Shown here piece by piece: positions 1 through 8,817 of a stretch of 64,000 bases of DNA. The translations under genes were made by a program, and so were the position numbers. The notes beneath the pieces are model-generated. The model had not been told where the DNA came from. It was given only the letters and a program-made list of their open reading frames with translations, and searched no databases. Positions within the stretch are counted from its first letter, which is position 1. Each line of letters begins with the position of its first letter. Source of the DNA: Ophelia neglecta (Eukaryota); NCBI GenBank assembly GCA_965285935.1, contig OZ260661.1:95976001-96040000 (forward strand), read 5' to 3'.

Positions 1-1055
1 CTGTGGAGTATATATATATCCCCAAGGAGCGTAATCATTCAAGAAATAATGGGACTTACACAGCAACCCAGTAGTCCTACACATTGTTCTATTAAAAAGG
101 TTGAAAAATGAAGCCGAATGAAGAAAATATTGTGGGATATAGAAAGAAATCGCTTTCAGGTTTAAGGAATGCGTTTTGGGCGTACGTGGTTCCTACACCC
201 CTAACGGGTCAACTATGGTTGTGCACAATAATTGGGGGCGGGGGGGGGGGGGGCTGCGAAATAAGTATTTTGCCTTGAAAGGTGAACCATGTTTTTGTCG
301 TTCAAGGAATCAAGCAGTGCACACCCTCACCAGAGACATTGAAAGAGTCTCTATCTGGAAGCCCCAGATGTTGGCAGTTAATTTTAGTGTCCAAGTAAGC
401 ACTTTTTCAGGCACTTGGAGGCGCTGATGACGGTCTGACGGCGGCGCTGATGGTACCGGGGTCGAGCACTATGAGAATCTGTGCTGGGCTGTTTGTACTA
501 GGCCTGAGTATATGAATGTGGCATAAATTATCGTGGTTTGTGTGACACACAGAAGTATGTAAAATTTAAAGCCACTGCAAGAAAGAGTGATAAATGTACA
601 ACACATAATATTTAAAAATAAATGATGTCCCTTTTTTCGAGGCACACCGATACGGAAGGGTTTATGCCAATTTTCCCGTGAAAACACATCGAGCTTACCA
701 AAGTTGGCCTATGACACCGCTAGTCGGTATTAAACTACGTTAATTAAAAAGTTGAAAGCGCTAGTGACAACCATGTATAAGGAAATAAGCAGCGAACCTA
801 TAGTTATCTGTGTTATACCCGAAATATATCCCTTATATTTCACCACGTTCGCAGTGTAGATTTTGGCAGAATTTACAATTGTTTTTGGGGGACATATTTG
901 GCCTATTAAACACGATGCTTTGCTGTTTACAAGTCTCTTGTCTGCCTTCTAAACGTCGTGATCTGACGGCTCGAAATCATCTACCAGTTCATATTTCTTA
1001 TTAAATTAAACAGACTTGTACACAGCATAGCATCTTGTTCTTTCTTCAAACCTAC

Positions 1056-2207
1056 TGTGGGGAACGAAGTGATCACATCCTCGTCATGACGTAGAAGAGC
1101 AAATCCCGTGCCATCGCCATCAGTCCGATAGACGGTGTACCAGACTAGAACCCGGGCACAGGATGAGGAAAAACAAGTCTCCTCCCCAGTGTGTCGGGAC
1201 GCCCCTGCGACAGGTCCATTTTCAAAGCTTGGTTGAACTTTTTCAGGTTTTTTGTTCCAGGAGTTCTGTTCTGAGGAATGCTCGTCACTGCCATCCGCCT
1301 GGTGCGAGGCGGCGTCATGCTCCTCTTCTTCTCCTAGCTCTTCACGTAGCTCACGCGAGTCGACATCTGCAATTTCTTCAGAATCAGCCTCGTGTGAGCT
1401 TTTTTTTGAACTCTCATGTGAGACTTTTTTATCGCAATTTCTTTCAGACTCCGAACTCGAGCTTCTGTCTAGAGCGGAACTACTCTCAGACCTCGGCCAT
1501 TCCTCAGAACTCGAATCGAGAATGCTGGATCGGCCGCTGCCGGACAAGCCGCTGCCGGACAAGCCGCTGCCGGAGCCGGAGCCGCTGCCGGAGCCGCTGC
1601 CGGAGCCGCTGCCGGAGCCGCTGCCGGAGCCGCTGCCGGAGCCGCTGCCGGAGCCGCTGCCGGAGCCGCTGCCGTACACCTCGCTGTCGGAGCCGCTGCC
1701 ATACACGGCGCTGTCAAAGAGCTCATCAAGCCAGCGACTTAGCGGTCCTGGGCTGTCCCGAGAATGTCCACGATGCCTTGGCCGCCCCCCTCGGTGAGGG
1801 CCACCATGACCAGCTATTCGCAAAGCATGTCTTCGTGTCCTTCCTTCCCCCGACAATGGCGGAAAAGCCCACCCGTCACCCTTAACGAGTTTCCAAATGT
1901 CTTGGTCTTCATCTGGTTTTACATATTTGGGACACGATGGGCACAGCTGTCCGTCGACCATTTTGGTCCCTTTCACCCGGCACTTGGTTCCGGTCATTCC
2001 TCGGGGTGGTTTCATAACCACCGCCACCAGCAGAATGGCCACCACTGCCATGGAGACAAAGATTCCAATGCCCAACAAGAAGTCGATCCCATTGTTTTGC
2101 TTCGAAGTGCTCCTATCTGACCGAGATCGGTCTTTCTTTGGTACGTTTTCTTCATTAGAAAACCCCCCAATCTTGTAGGATTTGTCCATTCCGGAAGCGT
2201 GTCCCAT
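1056..2207 (-). CDS. KCNMB/CaKB-like paralog A, first coding exon (N-terminus, TM1, expanded extracellular loop with Ser-Gly repeat); second exon not in window
   Basis: ATG at 2207. Hydrophobic TM (FLLGIGIFVSMAVVAILLVAVV), then TKCRV...CPSC...TCFSSSCARVLVWY...FALLRHDEDVITSFPT, which aligns with the KCNMB loop motif (C-x-x-V-x-V...ALLHxDE...). Followed by a phase-0 donor ACA|GTAGGT at 1056/1055, the same position as the donor of the + strand gene. Confidence 0.8.
1533..1700 (-). repeat. Coding 12-bp tandem repeat (GCCGCTGCCGGA on +) encoding a (Gly-Ser)n tract
   Basis: Near-perfect 12-mer array; 1564-1674 gives 37 alternating G/S codons on the - strand. Confidence 0.95.
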
Positions 2208-2973
2208 CACATAGGAGTCCTTAATATGAATAATGACAGTGCGCTATGTTTTCAACATGTTATACGTGACCAGTCGACCAATACTTAGGTCAAATGAATG
2301 TCATTCTCTTGTTATTGAATAATCAATTATTGTATAATCAATTGAACAATGAAGGTTGTAGCAACCCGAAACTGTTGTTTATGTCACTGCCAAACTAAGC
2401 TTTCTTGGCCCTAACATTTTTCATCCTACAATGGACGAGCAGAACAAGTTTCTATAAATCAACCATGCAGTAATATAAACACAATCTAACAAAACACTAA
2501 TCTCTTGCCATTGTTATTTGAATAGAAAATCATTTGTTCCTAAATTGTCAAAAAATTGTATAGGCTTATAGCATTTGGGAACTTAGTGCCTAATCACTTT
2601 GTCGACGACTTATTGTGCATGGTCTTAGCTTTAACAGATCAATAAATTCATGTCGCTTATGAATGTTTATACATATATTTGTATATAAGATACACTGAAT
2701 AAAATTAATGAACTATAAACGTTTCACATAAATCTTTCGGGCGTGAAGCAGTTTTATGAACTCTGTCACTCATACTACTCAGTTTATGCTTACGAACAAA
2801 AGATCGTTGGCGCGCTAGCGCAATTTTTTTTATAGATACATGGCTAAAATCTTCAGGGTCATGGCCAGTACATAAATGCGAACTGATTAAGTTATAAGAA
2901 AATATTGGAAATATTCAGGTACCAGGTTTTATCCAGAATGAAATATGCAGGACAGCATCATGGAGACAACTAC

Positions 2974-3240
2974 CTAAGTATATAGGGGGCGTACAGAAAG
3001 GTGCATATTTTGTGATTCCATTAAATGTCTATTCAAATTTGACCTTGACCTAAATAAATGTTTAAGATCAACTTGAAGCTCTTTATGATCTATCACCAGG
3101 TCTAGACATTCTTGTTTTTGGTACGCGAGAAGTGTCTTTGACTGAGACCGAAAAGCAGGAGTAGGTTCGTATCTTTGCAGCAGCTCGGAGTTGTACACAG
3201 GAACATCGCCTTTCAGGGCCTTGTACACCATAAACGAATG
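2974..3240 (-). mobile_element. Decayed 3' fragment of an L2/CR1-type LINE ORF2
   Basis: Translation VYKALKGDVPVYNSELLQRYEPTPAFRSQSKTLL resembles the conserved L2-clade C-terminal motif (YKALxGxAPxYLxELLxxYxPxRxLRS..LL). Confidence 0.7.
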
Positions 3241-3415
3241 CTAGAAATCAATGGGGTTTGTCCCACTTTCAAAATCACAGCCGTGTAATTGTGGAAGGTA
3301 ACCTGGCGTTGACAGCTGTTGTGCAATAGATTAGTCTAATATTGTTCTTACTTGCTATAAAGGATTATCGTTATTAGGAAATAGTTTATTAAAGACTACC
3401 ACCTTCTTTACTTAC

Positions 3416-4099
3416 CTTTGATATATGCTTCGCTGATTTCTCATTGTGCTCCACTGTTTGTATAATTGCCTTCACTTTTTGAGTCGATTTGCCAGTTTTT
3501 CTGACATATTTCACAAGGACTTGGGCGCAGATCGTAGGGACGCAGGGGCTAGTGTTAGACCGACCATCAGCTTTTCCATAATCAGCGCCTTTTTGGCTCC
3601 CATCTGTGTTATTCTTATTACTGATTGGTCCAGTACCCTCGTGAAGCAACATAAGTAGGTCACTTTCCAAAAAGGCATCTTCATTGCAAGGGGGGCAGAA
3701 GTTGCCTTTGAGTGTAGAAGTCGTCTGCACCGTACAACTTGTTGGTCGGGGCCCCACATTAAAGTTAATGTTTGTCGTCACAATTACCACGCAGATTATT
3801 CCGGCTAAAAACCCAAAAACCAGCAGCAGGTCACAGTGGCGACTTGCTGTTTGTGTGACCTTTGTTTTCCCTCTGTCACCACTCAATTGTGTCGCATTCC
3901 CATTGTTGACGGCCTGACTTGGACAACTTTGCCTCACTGGCTCGCTTCTTGCCCGTCTTTTTTTATTTTTGGAGTTTTCCAGTCTTGAGTATCGTCTTAC
4001 CTTTCCCATGTGATAGCTATCAGTTTCGTTGTCGTGTGATCCTGGATTAATTGTCAATTTCTTTTGGCCTGAATAGCCATATCTTACCCTGGCTATCAT
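3416..4099 (-). CDS. KCNMB/CaKB-like paralog B, first coding exon (long basic N-terminus, TM1, loop with 5 Cys); second exon not in window
   Basis: ATG at 4099. TM LLLVFGFLAGIICVVIVTT, then TSCTV...CPPC...PCVPTICAQVLVKY...KAII. Perfect phase-0 donor AAG|GTAAGT at 3416/3415 at the homologous position. Confidence 0.8.
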
Positions 4100-6285
4100 T
4101 TTATAAGTCGGGCTGTTTTGCCAGCGGGTTCAAAGAATACGTATTCTCACTGCAGGGTGTGATATTGATCAGAAAACTTGGCCAACTAAACCTGCTAGCT
4201 TAAATTGGTGCCTTAATAGTTCTGGTGATCCTAAATCGATAAATGAATATGCACAGAGTGTATAGCTTCTGGACAGTCGCAATGAGATCCAACCTATATA
4301 TATATTTTAATCCAAACTTAGCTAGTTGTTTCCTGGACCATGTAGATATAAGGTGACAGTTGGTGTCGTCATTAATAATGAGTTTGGGGTCTAAACTAAT
4401 CTGGCGTGACCGTCCATGACCCGAGTAAGTCGACAAATCTCAGGCATATACACAAAGTTGGCTGTTTATAATTTCTTAGCCATTTTTGATGTACCCCTTG
4501 GTTAAATCAAACGCTAGGTGAATTATAGATATATCTTTAGGCATTCTCGCTGCCAAAGGTACAGCAATCGATTGAATAAACAAATTATTCAAACATAAAG
4601 CCCAATATGCCACAAATATATATGTGTGTGCGGCTTAATACTTTTGGGAGGTCGTCAATAAACGAGGGACGCCAACACTCTGTTGTTCAGATTCGAGATA
4701 TCGTACCAAGATTGATTTCTGTCCACGCTTTGGTTAATTAAGTTGTGTTATAAACTGAGTAATATATAATTATATTCATTCCTTAAAATTTTTTATGATT
4801 CCATCTCGTGCCACTTACTACTCATTTCTAAATAAAAGATTATAAAGGTCTAGGCCTATACGTAGGCCACTTTCCACTTGTAAAGTTAGCGAATGCAGCA
4901 TGCACCACTAGTGAGCTAGTAAACGACTGTCGAAGCTTGTGGGACTTAGGGTGCTGTGGTGAATATAAACATGTAGATATTCGTATTAAGCCACTATATG
5001 TACAAGAATTTGCTGCAGGTATAGAAAGATGCATGATACGTACATAAACCTTTGTATGTTAGGCAGTACATTCCCAAGCAGTAATGATATAGGGGCTCTA
5101 TGTCTACGATAACAGCATACAGGGAACTTGAAACGTAAGCATCACTACTTCGGGGAATGAGCGAATTCCGTTGATACTATTTCCGTTGATGCAATTTGAG
5201 ATATTACTCTCCTTGCATGTGGGACAATAAACAGCTTACATTCTACAGTCTAACCAGCGACACAGTATTTCAGGAACATGTTGTACTATTTCTATTGTAA
5301 TCTATTCTCGGAGGATGCCATCATAAAATGAAGGGCTTTAAAAAAATCTCGCCTTTATCGAAAGTCGCTTGTTCTGGTAAAGTACAGGATCCGTACTGGA
5401 TAACAAAGACGCTCGATTCACCTCTTTGTTTAGGCGAAGCAATGAGAAAAGGTACTATATGCCACCGAGATTTGAAAGCAGTTAAATAATGACTCGTTAT
5501 ATTTAACTAAACCTACAATAATTTATAGTCTTTGTGACAGGTCCACCATATAAATGTACATGTGAATAATTTCATCGGAATCAACAGGGGTGAGAGGGTG
5601 AAAATATCAACATTAATAATATTGCTTATTTTTTATTATTAAAATGTTGGATCTTTAGAAGAACGCCCAGTACAGTGCTTAAATACGTACCAGCCCATGT
5701 TCATTGTTCTTATTTTAAAGGTAACCCTTTATAATTATTTATTTAACAAAATCATTTATTCTGAATTCTGAATTCTAAAAGAACAATACACATTGAAAGA
5801 AATTATAGTTACAAATGTTTATAAAATAAACAGTCGAGACCATGTCCGCACGACCATGCGAAAAAAACATGAATATGTTCACATAAAAACATACACTCTC
5901 TCACCCACACACAAATAATATCGCATCACCCATGAGAAAAAAACACTTAAAGAACAATTATAAATTAGTGTTAAAGAATAATAGAGAGTTTGAACCACCA
6001 CATCTCCATAAGAATATTTAACCATAGGTGCACAGATATGTCGCAATAATTTAAGGCCTAATTGCCATTTAAAAGAGCGGATATTAATCATTTTCCCCAG
6101 TGGTGGAGCAGAATAATTGATTCTATAAGCTTCGTGTATGTACTTATAAGTTAATACGTATTAGCGCAATCTTTTGAGCGATAAAACCGGACTCTTTAGT
6201 CCCTCCATGTTTTTGATTGATTAAAATGCATTTCTTTTGGACGCCAGTTATATAGCTTTTGCCGTTTTTTTCAATCAAATGTACG

Positions 6286-6403
6286 TGACCTTAATAGGTA
6301 GGTCAGTTCACACATGCATAAATGGGGATTGGTCTATTACTTAGTGACCTTAATGGCAGGTGACCTTACTACACAGGTGACCACAAACACAGGTTTGACT
6401 GTA
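6286..6403. mobile_element. Partial MITE end (Tc1/pogo-like, ...CAGGTTTGACTG-TA)
   Basis: Repeated (AG)GTGACCTT subunits ending in CACAGGTTTGACTGTA, similar to the right end of the element at 14693-14870. Confidence 0.45.
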
Positions 6404-7884
6404 GTCTCTTCTCACCGAGACGGGTTGTAAGCAATGTAAACCAAGTTTCTGAACTCAGTCAAGACCACCAACGCTTTTGAGTCAAAATTTCCTGTAAAAA
6501 AGCAGACTGTTCTGTTTCGGAATCTTGGATTCTTTTAAGGTTCTTATCACTGAAGCAACCCAATATTGTTAAACAAGAGTCGGAGAGTGGCTAAACGACA
6601 GACTAAAAAATTTATTTCCAGGACGGCCCTAGACTTGTTGCACAATATTGTTATCTCAAGTTAGAAACACCCATTCTTATCAAATACTGCATAATCTAAA
6701 TTACAGTAAAATTACATAAATTCAGACAGAAAAAGCCTTGGTCTTAAATTCAAAAACACTAATTGACCCCACCATTTTAAAATCCGCAGGGAGGCTATTC
6801 CATTTAAAGCCAGTGGTACGTCTGACCAGGATAACATTGTAATCTTGTAACTACCAAATTATCTACACTACTTCCTGTTACAAGTGGATATCTGTCTTTT
6901 ACCTTATAGCTAATTGCAAGCATTCAACATTATTTCAACACTTAGGAGACATGCATTTATGCAATACTACTAACTTGTAGCTAAGACAGGTCTCTAAAGT
7001 GTGCAACATCAAGATTGGAACGAATTGATAGATCCACAATAGAAAGGATAGCCTTGTTCTCTTAGCATTGTAGTCTAGTCTGCAAATATTCAGTTATTCC
7101 GAAGTACCAAAAAAATTATATTCATTATCAATGAATAATTGCCAAAGAGACCTATACAATAAATTCTTATCGTGTCATGATTAAGAAAAGCCCTTTTTCT
7201 AAACAAAAAATTGAGTCTGGAATAAATTGTCTTTAACCCTGCATACCTACATGTGCCCTGCGTGGAGGTTACTGTCGGTAGGTCCTATAACATATGACAC
7301 ATTGGTTTACAAATAACCCAGTACCCATCAAGACTTGACTTTTGACATTGAAACTTCTTGGGAATTTTAGTGTTTTCTAGTGTGGAGTTTATGGTACGTA
7401 CGTGAAAAAGCGGAGGCTCGGAGCCTTGCAGAGGTAAATCCCCAAATTAGAACAGAGCACTAGACTTATCAAACATGTCCCCAACCCTTGATACAGTTTA
7501 CCTAATTAGCAGATGAGATGATATCATCATAACTAAACTACACCATTTACCGATGTCATATTTATTGCCCTTTAAGGCTTTATCACGAGGCAATTGAAAC
7601 AAAGCACTGCCGGTCCGATGAACTCCTGGGTTCATATATACGCAAACATATTCATAAACTCTTATTAGCGAGGATTAGCAGTTTCTCTCTCACCTCGCTC
7701 ATGTGGCTTTCTATATGCATCAAACATATTTGTTTTTACAGGAATTCCTGATAATTCCTGATAACCAATTTTCTGTCACACAATTACATGTATATAGACA
7801 TATCGTTATTGCATATAAAAATCAAAGATCAACTGGGCCCTATTGTTGCTAATTGGCTGAGAATTGAAAGTTTGAACATTGTCA

Positions 7885-8450
7885 CATCGGCTATTTCCGC
7901 ACTTTCGGCACTTAGGCGATTTTTCATTTTCGGCAATTAAGCTTCCTCCTGCATATTCGAGTATTTACTAGGCACATTCACTAAATTCGGCACTTTCGCT
8001 ACCTTCAGCGCAATCTTCAATTTAGGGCCATAGCCTCCCTGTGGTTTCATGTTGGAAATTAAAGCTATCCACTTTCGGTGTTTGTGCATGAAAATACGAT
8101 ATATTCTTCAGTAGGCGGTTTAGCTACATTTTTTACTGCCTTGTTGTTGTACAGCTTCCTACATTGTTGACCATTTCGGCACTTTCGCTACGTTCAGCAC
8201 ATTAATATTCGCTACATTCGACACTTATACTTATGTGCAGTTTATACAATTGACAATACGTAACATTCTGTAATTTCGGTACATTCTATTCTTTCTGCAA
8301 ATTCTCCTCTTTCTACTGGTCTAAAACTTTTGCCTTTTTCGCTGTCTTCGATTCAATCTGTACGTTTATGGCCTTGTTCACCTTTTACTCTTTCCATTCT
8401 TAATTTCGTCCAATTTTCGCCATTTCGATGCTTTCTTCGCTTTCTATATT
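7885..8450. repeat. Degenerate ~9-bp-period repeat (TTCGGCACT/TTCGCTAC-like)
   Basis: Many recurrences of ttcggcac, tttcgc and ttcgctac at roughly 9-bp-multiple spacing; strongly pyrimidine-skewed. Confidence 0.55.
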
Positions 8451-8573
8451 TCCGGTAAGTCCTACCGTACGTTACCTAATATAATATTATAGTCTAATAC
8501 AAATATTTCTAGATTTAACATATTTATGGCTCGTAGGAATATATTGGCCAGTTTCCAAATCAAGGCCCGATTG

Positions 8574-8817
8574 GGCATACTGGAAAAGCTGATACGAAAT
8601 ACCAGATACGAGACGCAGATACGAGATACGAGGTGTTTAAAACGTAGCCATATGGACTAGGTTAGGGTTAGGGTGAAGGATAAAGTAAGTTATGGTTTAG
8701 TTAGGTTGCTAGCTTAACCCTACCCCTTACCCTGTCATAATCCAACTCAATCTTAATTTTTCGTATCTGTGTATCTCGTATTTCCTTCGTATTTCGTATC
8801 AGGTTTTCCAGTATGCC
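8574..8817. mobile_element. Non-autonomous Mutator/MULE-like MITE with 9-bp TSD
   Basis: TIRs GGCATACTGGAAAAGCTGATACGAAATAC / GTATTTCGTATCAGGTTTTCCAGTATGCC. Exact flanking direct repeat GCCCGATTG at 8565-8573 and 8818-8826. Internal GATACGA subrepeats and TTAGGG-like tracts. Confidence 0.88.

Noticed and set aside
981-1055. ORF extension VGLKKEQ...NMNW of paralog A (and VSKEGGSL of B at 3389-3415)
   Set aside because: Both begin exactly at GT donors at the conserved intron position, so they are treated as intron read-through.
1163-1885. + strand ORFs (240 aa with RSRC repeats; 181 aa with PEPL repeats) and the - strand AAAP-repeat ORF
   Set aside because: Shadow frames of the stop-free 12-bp repeat. 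Only the - strand GS frame has a TM helix, family motifs and a splice donor.
2855-2895. - strand AFMYWP resembling the HSMLWP motif of a second exon between A and B
   Set aside because: Bounded by in-frame stops on both sides, with no Cys motifs and no TM2.
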